The notes under the pieces were generated by a model that was given only the letters and a program-made list of their open reading frames with translations, was not told the DNA's origin and did no database searches. Below are positions 8,727-17,772 of a stretch of 64,000 bases of DNA, in pieces. The stretch comes from Candidatus Omnitrophota bacterium. GTDB lineage: Bacteria > Omnitrophota > Gorgyraeia > Gygaellales > JAQTUX01. Position numbers and translations under genes: made by a program. Where the stretch lies: the NCBI GenBank assembly GCA_028707125.1, contig JAQTUX010000001.1, forward strand, positions 544,662-608,661, written 5' to 3'. Each line of letters starts with the position of its first letter. Positions within the stretch are counted from its first letter, which is position 1.

Positions 8727-9994
8727 AAGACGAGACAGCAAATAAGGGCGTTGTGCCGCAAGTCCCTGATCAAGAGGGGGCGGGTTTCTACGGATTGGGT
8801 ATCGCTCCGAAGATACTCGGTATCCTTGAGCACATAAAGTTTAAGGTGCCTACCCCCATTCAGGTAAAGGCCATACCTATGGCGATCCAGGGCAAGGATG
8901 TTATCGGTGTTGCCCAGACCGGCACCGGTAAGACGCATTCGTTCGCCATACCTATGGTGCAGCGCCTTGTCCAGGTAAAAGGTGTGGGCCTGGTGATCGC
9001 GCCCACGCGCGAGCTGGCGCTTCAGATCGATGAGTCATTTCAGGCGCTGGTGCGCGCCTTCGGTATGAGGACGGCCTGCCTTATAGGCGGGGCGCCGATG
9101 GACCCTCAGGTGCAGGCGCTTCGCAAGGGGCCCCGCGTGGTGATCGCCACTCCGGGACGGCTTATTGACCATATGGGCCAGTGGAATTTTATCCCGGAAG
9201 AGGTAGTGATGCTTGTGCTTGACGAGGCAGACCGTATGCTGGATATGGGCTTTGCCCCGCAGATCGAAAAGATCCTGCGCCACCTGCCCAGGCAGAGACA
9301 GACAATGCTGTTTTCCGCGACTATCCCCAAGGAGATCATGGCGATGGCCGCTAAACATATGAAGCTGCCCGTTTCCGTGGAGATCGCGCCTTCAGGCACT
9401 ACCGCCGATCGGGTTACCCAGGAGATATTCATCGTTAAGAAAGAGGCCAAGACGCGGCTCCTCGGCAAGCTGCTGGCGCAGTACAAGGGCGCCGTGCTTC
9501 TATTTTCCCGCACCAAGCACAACGCCGCGAAGATCAGGCGCTCCATACAGGAGATGGGTTACAGGGCGGCGGAGATCCATTCCAACCGTTCATTAAATCA
9601 GCGCCGCGAGGCGCTTGAGGGCTTCAAGTCGGGCAAATACAGGGTGCTTGTCGCCACTGATATCGCCGCCAGGGGTATTGACGTCAGCGGCATTGAACTT
9701 GTCATAAATTACGACCTTCCTGATGAGCCGGAAAATTATGTGCACCGCATCGGGCGCACGGCAAGGGCGGGGCATAAGGGCCACGCGATCTCTTTTGCCA
9801 CGCCCGATCAGGCGCGCGATGTGCGCGATATTGAGAAGGTCATCCGCACTACCTTGCCGATATCGAAACATCCGGATATCTCGGCTGAGCAGTTTGTCCA
9901 GTCCTCGCATAAACCTTCGGGGCAGCGCCCCGGCCGCGGCAATTTCTATAAAGGAAAGCACCCAGGTAACCGCCACAAGTTCCATCGTTTTTAA
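8723..9994 (+). CDS. DEAD-box ATP-dependent RNA helicase
   Basis: Q-motif, AQTGTGKT, DEAD, SAT, HRIGRTARAG motifs; basic C-terminal tail. Confidence 0.9.
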   Translation: MKDETANKGVVPQVPDQEGAGFYGLGIAPKILGILEHIKFKVPTPIQVKAIPMAIQGKDVIGVAQTGTGKTHSFAIPMVQRLVQVKGVGLVIAPTRELALQIDESFQALVRAFGMRTACLIGGAPMDPQVQALRKGPRVVIATPGRLIDHMGQWNFIPEEVVMLVLDEADRMLDMGFAPQIEKILRHLPRQRQTMLFSATIPKEIMAMAAKHMKLPVSVEIAPSGTTADRVTQEIFIVKKEAKTRLLGKLLAQYKGAVLLFSRTKHNAAKIRRSIQEMGYRAAEIHSNRSLNQRREALEGFKSGKYRVLVATDIAARGIDVSGIELVINYDLPDEPENYVHRIGRTARAGHKGHAISFATPDQARDVRDIEKVIRTTLPISKHPDISAEQFVQSSHKPSGQRPGRGNFYKGKHPGNRHKFHRF

Positions 9995-10073
9995 AGGAGG
10001 GAATATGCAGATCTCGGAATTAGTGGGGAAGCTGGTGCTTTTTAAGTTCTCCGAAGAAATAAGGCATGGTATG
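9993..10073 (+). repeat. direct repeat copy 1 (81 bp: RBS + first 23 codons of the gene at 10005)
   Basis: About 94% identical (5 mismatches in 81) to 12091-12171 by direct comparison of the two stretches. Confidence 0.85.
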
Positions 10074-10343
10074 TCGCTCTTTCAGATCTACAAAGACGAG
10101 TTGTGGGCAATGGTGACCGGGGTTGATGATATCGGGGTGTGGCTGGAGAACTCCGCCTATGAGTTGGGCGTGTGGTGGGATGAGCAGGGTAACATGGTCC
10201 CGCCGGATAAACAGGTTAAGGAAAAGGTCAAATCGCATATCTTTATCCCCTGGCGTTATATAGAAGCGTTGATGAGCGTTGAAGACGAACGCTTCCAGAA
10301 GGTAAGGAGTGAACGGCTGCCGGGGTTCAAAGACTACAGGTAG
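10005..10343 (+). CDS. hypothetical protein (112 aa)
   Basis: ORF with strong RBS aaaggagg; track lists a longer frame from 9723 that overlaps the helicase 3' end, which I do not accept. Confidence 0.5.
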   Translation: MQISELVGKLVLFKFSEEIRHGMSLFQIYKDELWAMVTGVDDIGVWLENSAYELGVWWDEQGNMVPPDKQVKEKVKSHIFIPWRYIEALMSVEDERFQKVRSERLPGFKDYR

Positions 10344-10513
10344 CCGCGCTAGATGCATAAGGCGCAGGGATTGTTACTCAAAGAGAAAAGGCAACACACG
10401 TTAATAGTGGAAACCGCGGCAGGCAGCGTTACCGGCGTCCCTACCAGTGTAGGCGGCCTTTCGTTGAACATATAGTAAGGCAGCCCCTTTAATTCCCAGG
10501 AGGATAAGATAAA

Positions 10514-10969
10514 TTGAAGAAAAGCCAACTGATCATGGTGTGGCTGCTACCGCTTATCGTGATAGGCGGGTTATTTTTCCCGCTGCTTGGATATCTGGTA
10601 GTGGCGATGATGGCGTTTCTTGTTGTCATGGCATTTTTCCGAGGCAGATATTGGTGCTGGAACCTCTGCCCGAGGGGCGCGTTTCTGGACATCGTTATAT
10701 CTAAAGCGAGTTTAAAGCGGCCTGTGCCGGGGGTTTTCGCGAAGGAGTGGTTCCGTTGGCTGGTATTCGCCCTGTTCATGGCGTTTTTGACCTGGCGTAT
10801 CCTTAGCGCGGGCGGGAATATTATCGCGGTAGGCGCGGTCTTTGTGTCAATGTGCCTGATCACAACGGTTATTTCAATGGTCCTTGGCGTGGCCACAAGG
10901 CACAGGAGTTGGTGCGCTATCTGTCCCATGGGCACGCTCCAGGGCAGGATAGCGAAAAAAGGCAAATGA
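10514..10969 (+). CDS. small polytopic membrane protein with two R-x-W-C-x(2,3)-C-P-x-G motifs (NapH/MauN/CcoG-type Fe-S/thiol motif)
   Basis: RYWCWNLCPRGAF and RSWCAICPMGTL motifs between predicted TM helices; TTG or downstream ATG start. Confidence 0.55.
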   Translation: MKKSQLIMVWLLPLIVIGGLFFPLLGYLVVAMMAFLVVMAFFRGRYWCWNLCPRGAFLDIVISKASLKRPVPGVFAKEWFRWLVFALFMAFLTWRILSAGGNIIAVGAVFVSMCLITTVISMVLGVATRHRSWCAICPMGTLQGRIAKKGK

Positions 10970-11041
10970 GCAGCAGTGACAAAGGCAGGCGGCGGGGAGC
11001 TTGTCTGCTGCGGACAGCCGATGGAGAAAATAGAGGGATAG
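10970..11041 (+). pseudogene. truncated relic of a desulforedoxin gene (C-terminal 23 codons only)
   Basis: Translates [23 protein letters not shown], matching residues 20-42 of the 823-951 product; no start codon and lacks the N-terminal C-x2-C; stop tga immediately upstream in frame. Confidence 0.55.
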
Positions 11042-11052
11042 GCGGAGGGTTG

Positions 11053-12075
11053 ATGAAAGGGTACTGGAGGTTGTTGCTGGTCTTATTCGCGGTCACCTTC
11101 TTATCAGGAGGAGAAATGAAGAGCCCCAAGGATAAGGACAAAAAGATCCCTGTTTTTAATGCTTTGACAGGCAAGGTTGAGGAGGTAGAGAAGGTATATA
11201 AGAGCGATGAGGAGTGGAAAAGGATACTTACCCCTCAACAGTATGAGGTGGCCAGGCGCAGGGGCACGGAACAGCCCTTCAGCGGGACCTGCCCCGTACC
11301 GCCGAAAGGGGAAAGCGGCATCTACCAATGCGTCGGCTGCGGGACAGACCTGTTCAAGTTTGACGCTAAATATGAGTCCGGCACCGGCTGGCCGAGTTTC
11401 TGGGAGCCGGTTTCGGAGTTGAATATACGCCTTGAACCCGACGAGAGTTTAGGCATGCGGCGCACAGAGGCCCTTTGCGCGCGCTGTGACTCGCACCTGG
11501 GGCATGTTTTTGACGACGGGCCTCCTCCCACGGGCAAGCGTTACTGCATTAATTCCCTGGCGTTGAAGCTGGCGCCTGTCAAGGCGCAGGATAAGGAAAC
11601 AGCCGTATTTGCCGCCGGATGCTTCTGGGGCCCGGATGAGGTTTTCCGCACCACGCCCGGAGTGATATCTACGAGGGCCGGTTATACGGGAGGCAGGACA
11701 AAAGACCCGGCCTATGAAGATGTGTCTACCGGCCGCACCGGCCACGCCGAATCTGTAGAGGTGGAATTTGATCCGCGGAAGGTCTCTTATGAGCGGCTGC
11801 TGGATATATTCTGGTCTATGCATGATCCGACCACGCCCAACAGGCAGGGCCCGGATATCGGCACCCAGTATCGCTCGGTGATCTTCTACCGCGGCCCGCG
11901 GCAGAAACTGGCGGCTGAAAAGTCAAAAGAGAAATTGGAGAAGTCGGGTAAATACAAAGATCCGATAGCCACGGAGATCGTTGCCGCCGGAGAATTCTAT
12001 CCGGCTGAGGAATATCATCAGAAATATTTCCAGAAACGCGGCATGAAGCCGGTTTGCCATATCCCCGCGAAATAG
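11053..12075 (+). CDS. msrAB: secreted bifunctional peptide-methionine sulfoxide reductase MsrB-MsrA fusion
   Basis: Signal peptide MKGYWRLLLVLFAVTFLSG; MsrB zinc C-x2-C pairs and RYCINS motif; MsrA GCFWG active site; track ORF 10852 start rejected as it runs through the upstream relic. Confidence 0.85.
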   Translation: MKGYWRLLLVLFAVTFLSGGEMKSPKDKDKKIPVFNALTGKVEEVEKVYKSDEEWKRILTPQQYEVARRRGTEQPFSGTCPVPPKGESGIYQCVGCGTDLFKFDAKYESGTGWPSFWEPVSELNIRLEPDESLGMRRTEALCARCDSHLGHVFDDGPPPTGKRYCINSLALKLAPVKAQDKETAVFAAGCFWGPDEVFRTTPGVISTRAGYTGGRTKDPAYEDVSTGRTGHAESVEVEFDPRKVSYERLLDIFWSMHDPTTPNRQGPDIGTQYRSVIFYRGPRQKLAAEKSKEKLEKSGKYKDPIATEIVAAGEFYPAEEYHQKYFQKRGMKPVCHIPAK

Positions 12076-12090
12076 CTGACGGCGGTTCTC

Positions 12091-12171
12091 AAAGGAGAGC
12101 ATATGCAGATCTCGGAATTAGTGGGGAAGCTCGTGCTTTTCAAGTTTTCCGAAGAAATAAGGCATGGTATG
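12091..12171 (+). repeat. direct repeat copy 2 (81 bp); encodes truncated MQISELVGKLVLFKFSEEIRHGMPPKISLI*
   Basis: Near-identical to 9993-10073; frame terminates after 30 codons. Confidence 0.85.
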
Positions 12172-12221
12172 CCGCCCAAAATATCCTTGATATAGCAAGG
12201 TATTACGTATATAATGCGACG

Positions 12222-13664
12222 ATGAAATATAAACACGCTTTATTCCTGAATCCATATATCGAAGGCTCCGCTACGACAGCCATGAAGATGTTCCCTCCCA
12301 CGGGCCTTGAATATGTCGCTACCAGCGCCAGGGATCTTGTTGATAAGGTGACCCTGCTGGATTTAAGGTATGAGAACGGCCTGTCTGAGCCCGGCAGGCT
12401 GATGGATTTTATAAACAGGGAAATAGATATTGTATGCGTTGGTATCGGATGGGACCGCCAGATCAAAGAGATCTTCGGCCTTTTGAACCGGATGCCGGCG
12501 GATATACCCCTGGTAGTAGGCGGGTATACGGCGACGGAAAAGGTTGAGGAGATATTCGCGAATTGCCCCGGGGTAGATATTGTCGTCAGGGGAGAGGGTG
12601 AAGAGACCATACGGGAGATATTTAAAGACGCGCCCCTTGATAATATCGCGGGCGTTTCCTACAGGGCCAACGGCAGGATAGTCCATAATAAAAACAGGAC
12701 GCTGCCGGATATAGAGGACATACCTTCGCCGGACCGCGCCTTGAGGCGTAATCAATATCGCCTGACCTTGAACGGCGTTGATATAGCGGGATTGACCTTT
12801 GACACGGTCTTGAGTTCCAGGGGCTGTCCCTATAATTGTAAATTCTGCACGTTTACGTTAAACCCCCTGGGCCAGAAGAGGGCCTACTCGGCGCGCAGCG
12901 CGGAGTCGGTTGTCAACGAGATAGAAGGCATAAGCGCGAATGTGATACTCTTCAGCGATGAGAATCTCTGCGTTGACGCCAAAAGGGTGGAAGATATCTG
13001 CGACCTGATAATAGCCCGCAAGATCAGAAAACGCTTCGCGGCCCAGGTCCGCATTGATATAGCCAAATACCCTTCCTTATTGGAAAAGATGGTTAAGGCG
13101 GGGTTTAAGGCGCTTTTGATAGGGATAGAGTCGCCGCATGACTGGATATTGGCCCAGCTGGATAAAGGGTTTGACTCCGACGCCATAAGGAGGGCGTTTG
13201 TCGTGCTGAGAAAATACCCTATCTTCTATCACGGGTATTTCATTTATGGCAACATAGGCGAGACCGAAGAGGAGATGCTTGGCATATCAAAGTTCGCCAA
13301 GGAGATAGGGATCGACTCTATTACCTTCTTGAAATTGAGGATAGAGAGGTTCTCTCCGCTCAGGGCGATCGCGGAGAAGGCGCCCGGTTATCACGTTACC
13401 GAGAGGGGCGAATTATATTCCGACACCTACAGCCACGCGGCGCTGAAAAAGATCGGCAGGAGGATAAAGTTCTCTTTCTATACCCCGTCCAGGTTCCTGA
13501 AGATGCTGAAGAGGTGTTTTGAGATAAGGTTTTTTACTTTTAGAGAAATAGCGTCATTATTACTTGTCTTGCCGCTGGTGTTAAAGAATGTCATAGCCAG
13601 AGAACTGCAAAAGGGCAGGTTCCTGGATTCCTTAAGGCGCACATTCATACATAACGCGAAATAA
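12222..13664 (+). CDS. B12-binding domain radical SAM protein (paralog 2)
   Basis: …VVRGEGEETIREI…, CPYNCKFC (C-x3-C-x2-C); same architecture and C-terminal tail as 6979-8550; track start 12054 rejected (runs through the repeat relic), ATG 12222 gives MKYKHALFLNPYIEG. Confidence 0.75.
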   Translation: MKYKHALFLNPYIEGSATTAMKMFPPTGLEYVATSARDLVDKVTLLDLRYENGLSEPGRLMDFINREIDIVCVGIGWDRQIKEIFGLLNRMPADIPLVVGGYTATEKVEEIFANCPGVDIVVRGEGEETIREIFKDAPLDNIAGVSYRANGRIVHNKNRTLPDIEDIPSPDRALRRNQYRLTLNGVDIAGLTFDTVLSSRGCPYNCKFCTFTLNPLGQKRAYSARSAESVVNEIEGISANVILFSDENLCVDAKRVEDICDLIIARKIRKRFAAQVRIDIAKYPSLLEKMVKAGFKALLIGIESPHDWILAQLDKGFDSDAIRRAFVVLRKYPIFYHGYFIYGNIGETEEEMLGISKFAKEIGIDSITFLKLRIERFSPLRAIAEKAPGYHVTERGELYSDTYSHAALKKIGRRIKFSFYTPSRFLKMLKRCFEIRFFTFREIASLLLVLPLVLKNVIARELQKGRFLDSLRRTFIHNAK

Positions 13665-13677
13665 AGGGAGAGATATT

Positions 13678-15453
13678 TTGGCTACACCGCTTCAAAAATG
13701 GGTAGAGGAACAGGCGAGGCTGACCAAACCGGACAAGATCTACTGGTGCGACGGTTCGGAAGAGGAGGCGCGCCGGCTCATCGAGATAGGCATAAAAGAA
13801 GAGAAGGTCGGAGGCCACCCTGTATTCCGGGAGCTTGATCAGAAAAAATGGCCCAACGCGTATCTGCACTACAGCCATCCGACTGATGTCGCGCGCACGG
13901 AACATCTGACCTTTGTCTGTCATCCCGGCAAAGAGATCGCCGGGCCCAATAATAACTGGATGGATCCCAAAGAGGCAAAAAGGATCCTCTCCGGATTATC
14001 AGACGGCTGTATGAGGGGCAAGACGATGTACGTGCTTCCTTATATGATGGGCCATCCTGAGTCGCCATACGCGAAGGCCTGCGTTCAACTTACAGATTTA
14101 TCTTATGTCGCGGCGAGCATGCGCATAATGACGCGCATGAGCAAAACAGTCATAGACAAGATCGGAAACCGCGATGATTTCGTGAAGGGGCTGCATTCCG
14201 TCGGGGATTTTAATCCCCAGAAACGTTTTATTATGCATTTCCCGGATGAGCACCTGGTCTGGAGCATCGGTTCCGGCTACGGCGGCAATGCCCTGCTGGG
14301 CAAGAAATGCTTTTCCTTGCGGCTTGCCTCCTGGCTGGGGTTCCAGGAGGGCTGGCTTGCCGAACATATGGTGATCATCGGCATCGAAGACCCGAAAGGG
14401 AACATAACTTATGTCACGGCGGCAATGCCTTCAGCCTGCGGCAAGACAAACCTGGCGATGCTTGAATCGGTTTTGCCGGGATATAAGATCTGGACGCTGG
14501 GCGATGATATCGCCTGGCTCAACGTCGGCGCCGACGGCCGGCTCTACGCGATTAATCCGGAAACAGGGCTTTTCGGGGTAGCGCCCAGCACGTCAATGAA
14601 GACCAACCCGAATATGGTGCGCACGCTCAAGGCCAGGAAATTCTACCCGACGTTATTTACCAATGTCGCCTTAAAGCGGGATACCAATGAGCCGTGGTGG
14701 GAAGGCGCGGATGAACCGATGTCTTCCGATATGCTGGATTGGCAAGGCAGGCCCTGGGATCAATCCAGCGGTACGAAAGCGGCGCACCCTAACGCGCGCT
14801 TTACGGTCTCGGTCTACAATTCTCCGGCCTTATCCAAAGAGTTTGACAACCCCAAAGGCGTGCCTATTTCAGCGATCCTTTTAGGCAGCAGGAGGACGCA
14901 TTTAATACCGCTTGTAGTTGAAGCGTTCAATTGGCAGCACGGCGTGTTTATGGGCGCCAGGACAGGTTCTGAGACTACTGCCGCGGCCATACACAAGGAA
15001 GGCGTATTAAGGCGCGACCCGATGGCGATGCTGCCGTTTTGCGGCTACAATATGGGCGATTACTTTAAACACTGGCTTAATATAGGTAAGCGCCTTACAG
15101 ATCCGCCCAGGATATATTCGGTCAACTGGTTCAGGACAGATGACAACGGAGAATTCATCTGGCCCGGATTCGGAGATAATATCCGTCTGCTGGAATGGAT
15201 AATAGACAGGGTGAATAACCGCGTTGACGCGAAAGAGACGCCCCTGGGGTTCATTCCGCGTCTTAATGACCTGAATTTAGGCGGCCTGAAGATCCCGCGG
15301 GCAAAACTTGAGAAGCTTTTCCGGATCGATGCTTCCGAATGGAAAGAAGAACTTAAGGATGTAGGCGCCTTTTTTAATAAGTTCTCCGGCCATATGCCCG
15401 AGGAGATATGGCGGGAATATAAAACGCTGGTCGATAGATTCACAACCAAATAA
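13678..15453 (+). CDS. pckG: phosphoenolpyruvate carboxykinase (GTP)
   Basis: GTP-PEPCK signatures (…GSGYGGNALLGKKC…, …SACGKTN…); TTG start with aaagggag RBS. Confidence 0.9.
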   Translation: MATPLQKWVEEQARLTKPDKIYWCDGSEEEARRLIEIGIKEEKVGGHPVFRELDQKKWPNAYLHYSHPTDVARTEHLTFVCHPGKEIAGPNNNWMDPKEAKRILSGLSDGCMRGKTMYVLPYMMGHPESPYAKACVQLTDLSYVAASMRIMTRMSKTVIDKIGNRDDFVKGLHSVGDFNPQKRFIMHFPDEHLVWSIGSGYGGNALLGKKCFSLRLASWLGFQEGWLAEHMVIIGIEDPKGNITYVTAAMPSACGKTNLAMLESVLPGYKIWTLGDDIAWLNVGADGRLYAINPETGLFGVAPSTSMKTNPNMVRTLKARKFYPTLFTNVALKRDTNEPWWEGADEPMSSDMLDWQGRPWDQSSGTKAAHPNARFTVSVYNSPALSKEFDNPKGVPISAILLGSRRTHLIPLVVEAFNWQHGVFMGARTGSETTAAAIHKEGVLRRDPMAMLPFCGYNMGDYFKHWLNIGKRLTDPPRIYSVNWFRTDDNGEFIWPGFGDNIRLLEWIIDRVNNRVDAKETPLGFIPRLNDLNLGGLKIPRAKLEKLFRIDASEWKEELKDVGAFFNKFSGHMPEEIWREYKTLVDRFTTK

Positions 15454-15465
15454 AGGAGGGAAGAT

Positions 15466-15570
15466 ATGAAGATCCTGATAGCGGTAATAATCATAGTGGT
15501 TGTCGCCTTGATCCTGAAGAAGAAAGGCGCCTGTTGCTGCGGGACCAAGAAGCCGGAAGGCCAGAAGTAG
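15466..15570 (+). CDS. possible small membrane peptide (34 aa, single TM, CCC motif)
   Basis: MKILIAVIIIVVVALILKKKGACCCGTKKPEGQK; strong RBS aaggaggg; followed directly by a terminator. Confidence 0.25.
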   Translation: MKILIAVIIIVVVALILKKKGACCCGTKKPEGQK

Positions 15571-15600
15571 ATCTACGAGCGCATAGTAACTTTAGCTGTC

Positions 15601-15629
15601 GGCCCATCAGAAATGATGGGCCTTTTTTT
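15601..15629 (+). terminator. rho-independent terminator
   Basis: ggcccatcagaaatgatgggcc hairpin followed by ttttttt. Confidence 0.65.
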
Positions 15630-15698
15630 CCATTGTCCGATGAAGGTTATTGAGTTATAATGATTCCCGCGCAGGATAAGGCATGAAAGGGGAAGGCG

Positions 15699-16109
15699 AT
15701 GATTAGAAAATTAGTTTTATTGCTTATTTCGGCAGGATTGTCGTTGAATTTGTGCGGCTGCGCTGTCCTGGTAGCCGGCACTGCCGGCGGGGCAGGCACG
15801 GCATATTGGCTTACAGGCAGGTTGTCGGAACAGGCAGGCGCGTCAATGGATGAGGCCGCGGCGGCTGTGAAGTCGGCGATGAGGTCTCTTGGGCTTGAAG
15901 TGGTCAAGCAGGCCATAAAACAGGACGTTGTGCAGTTTATCGGCAGATACCGCGACGCAAAGACGGTATGGGTGGACCTTCACAGGATCTCGGATACCGT
16001 GACCAGGGTGGAAGTGCGCGTGGGGGCGCTCAAGAGAGATAAGGCGGCAGCCGCGGAGATATTAAGCGAGATCAGGGCGAATATCAAAGGCAGAGGGGGC
16101 AGGTTATGA
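15699..16109 (+). CDS. lipoprotein, unknown function
   Basis: Signal peptide with lipobox LNLCGC; loosely related to the product of 1-370. Confidence 0.55.
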   Translation: MIRKLVLLLISAGLSLNLCGCAVLVAGTAGGAGTAYWLTGRLSEQAGASMDEAAAAVKSAMRSLGLEVVKQAIKQDVVQFIGRYRDAKTVWVDLHRISDTVTRVEVRVGALKRDKAAAAEILSEIRANIKGRGGRL

Positions 16110-16693
16110 TCAAAAATATCATGTTATCTTTTATACCGGTATTCGTCGCTGTTGACGCCATAGGCGTCTTACCCCTTTTTATCTCATTTACCCAGGGGAT
16201 TACGAAAAAGGAGAGGTGGCTGATCATACTTCAGTCGATGTTGACGGCCATATGCCTGGCGGTATTTTTTATCTTTCTCGGCAAGACCATTTTCAAGTTC
16301 CTGGGTATCACCATGAGCGACTTTATGATAGCCGGCGGCACTATACTTTTTTGCATAGCCATAATAGATATTGTCAATCCGCAGAAGAAGCGCCGCATAC
16401 CTAACGGAGAAATGGCGGCCGTTCCCCTGGGCACGCCTTTGATCGTGGGGCCGGCGGTCCTGACAACCTCATTGATCATCATCGGAGAATACGGCCTCAT
16501 ACCTACTCTTGTATCCGTGACGGTCAACGTCTTGCTGGCAGGGCTTATATTCGCTTCTTCGGATGTTTTAATAAGGGCCATAGGCAATTCCGGGGCAAAG
16601 GCGCTTTCCAAGGTAATGAGTTTACTTCTGGCCGCCATAGCGGTTATGATGGTTAGAAAAGGTGTATTTCAAATAATACTATCCTTGACATAG
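16106..16693 (+). CDS. marC: MarC family (UPF0056) membrane protein
   Basis: 195 aa, 6 TM pattern and conserved MarC N-terminus (…PVFVAVDAIGVLPLF…). Confidence 0.75.
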   Translation: MIKNIMLSFIPVFVAVDAIGVLPLFISFTQGITKKERWLIILQSMLTAICLAVFFIFLGKTIFKFLGITMSDFMIAGGTILFCIAIIDIVNPQKKRRIPNGEMAAVPLGTPLIVGPAVLTTSLIIIGEYGLIPTLVSVTVNVLLAGLIFASSDVLIRAIGNSGAKALSKVMSLLLAAIAVMMVRKGVFQIILSLT

Positions 16694-16707
16694 AGGGAGG
16701 TTGCAGC

Positions 16708-17091
16708 ATGCTTAAGCACAAGAAGATCCTTATTGTGGATGATGAAGAGGAGGCGGTATGGTTTTTTGCCAAATTCCTCAAGAAGAGGGGCTATGAGGTT
16801 GTTACCGCCCATACAGGACAGGACGGGATCGCGCTGGCGCAGAAGTTTATACCGCATTTAGCCATTATTGATTTGGGGCTGCCTGATATGGACGGCTCCG
16901 ATGTCGCCGTAAAGATCATGGAGGCCCCGCTGCTTAAAGAGACCAAGATCATGTTCATCACAGGCACGCTTACGGATGAAGAAGGGGGGAAGATCGATCT
17001 CATAGGCAACAGATATGTGTTAACCAAGCCTTGTGAAGTGGATAAGATATTGGAGGTAGTTGAACGGCTCATAGGGGCCGGGCAGGAATAG
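16708..17091 (+). CDS. stand-alone response regulator receiver domain (CheY-like)
   Basis: ILIVDDEEE…D…GLPDMDG…K phospho-acceptor architecture; 127 aa, no output domain. Confidence 0.8.
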   Translation: MLKHKKILIVDDEEEAVWFFAKFLKKRGYEVVTAHTGQDGIALAQKFIPHLAIIDLGLPDMDGSDVAVKIMEAPLLKETKIMFITGTLTDEEGGKIDLIGNRYVLTKPCEVDKILEVVERLIGAGQE

Positions 17092-17092
17092 G

Positions 17093-17755
17093 ATGAATCT
17101 GTTATTTTTGGGCATTATTTGCGCCGTGGTAGCTTTGATCGCGGCCGCCTTTATTTCCGCGCCCGCGCCGGGCCGCAAGGCAAAGAAACAAAAGAAGCCG
17201 GGCAAGGAGAGGCCGCAGCCGGAAAACTCCCCCGCCCTCGTCCCTGAATATAGAGCCAGGCAGCTGGAAGAAGAATTAAATACCGCGAAGGCGGACGCGT
17301 CGGCGGCGAAGGCAGAGCTTGAGGCGCTGAAAAAGGGTTATGAGGACTTGAAGGCGGAGTCAGCCCAGAAAGAAAAATGGGTCAGCAGAGACGATTCCGA
17401 ACTTGAGAAGACCAAAAAAGAGAATATTTTATTTAAGGAGAAATTGGTGAATAAGGAAAAAGAACTGGAAAAAGAATTCTCCTTGAATTTCAATCTGGAC
17501 AAGGGGCTCAAAGAGAAAACGCAGCGGCTTGAGGCGTCGGAGAAAGAAAACAAGGCGATGAAGGATGAGATAATGGCGCTGCAGGCGAAGGTATCGGGGT
17601 ATCAAAAAGAAACACAGGAGCAGAAAAAGATCATTGAGGCCGCGAAAAAGAAAGAAGAGCAGAGCGAGTGGATCTCAAAAAAAGAGTATAATGAACTTAA
17701 GCAAAAATTGACTGAGAAAGAGAATGAGATCAAGGGGCCGCGGGAAAAGCCGTAA
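17093..17755 (+). CDS. membrane-anchored coiled-coil protein
   Basis: N-terminal TM helix then about 180 aa of K/E-rich heptad-like sequence. Confidence 0.5.
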   Translation: MNLLFLGIICAVVALIAAAFISAPAPGRKAKKQKKPGKERPQPENSPALVPEYRARQLEEELNTAKADASAAKAELEALKKGYEDLKAESAQKEKWVSRDDSELEKTKKENILFKEKLVNKEKELEKEFSLNFNLDKGLKEKTQRLEASEKENKAMKDEIMALQAKVSGYQKETQEQKKIIEAAKKKEEQSEWISKKEYNELKQKLTEKENEIKGPREKP

Positions 17756-17772
17756 GCAGGGAGGTTGAGATC

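Noticed and set aside
9723-10004. 206-aa frame starting at 9723 upstream of the hypothetical gene
   Set aside because: Overlaps the last 270 nt of the DEAD-box helicase in another frame; the strong RBS aaaggagg precedes ATG 10005 and the duplicated copy at 12103 starts at the same ATG
10852-11052. Track start for msrBA at 10852
   Set aside because: Extension overlaps the membrane-protein gene and runs across the dsr relic; ATG 11053 gives a classic signal peptide directly
12054-12221. Track start for the second B12-rSAM at 12054 (MPYPREIADGGSQRRAY…)
   Set aside because: This N-extension reads through the 81-bp repeat relic in a different frame from the relic's own ORF and overlaps msrBA; ATG 12222 (MKYKHALFLNPYIEG) matches the N-terminus expected for the family
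17093-17755. Coiled-coil K/E-rich gene as horizontally acquired because of lower GC
   Set aside because: Low GC is explained by Lys/Glu codon bias of the coiled coil itself, not by foreign origin
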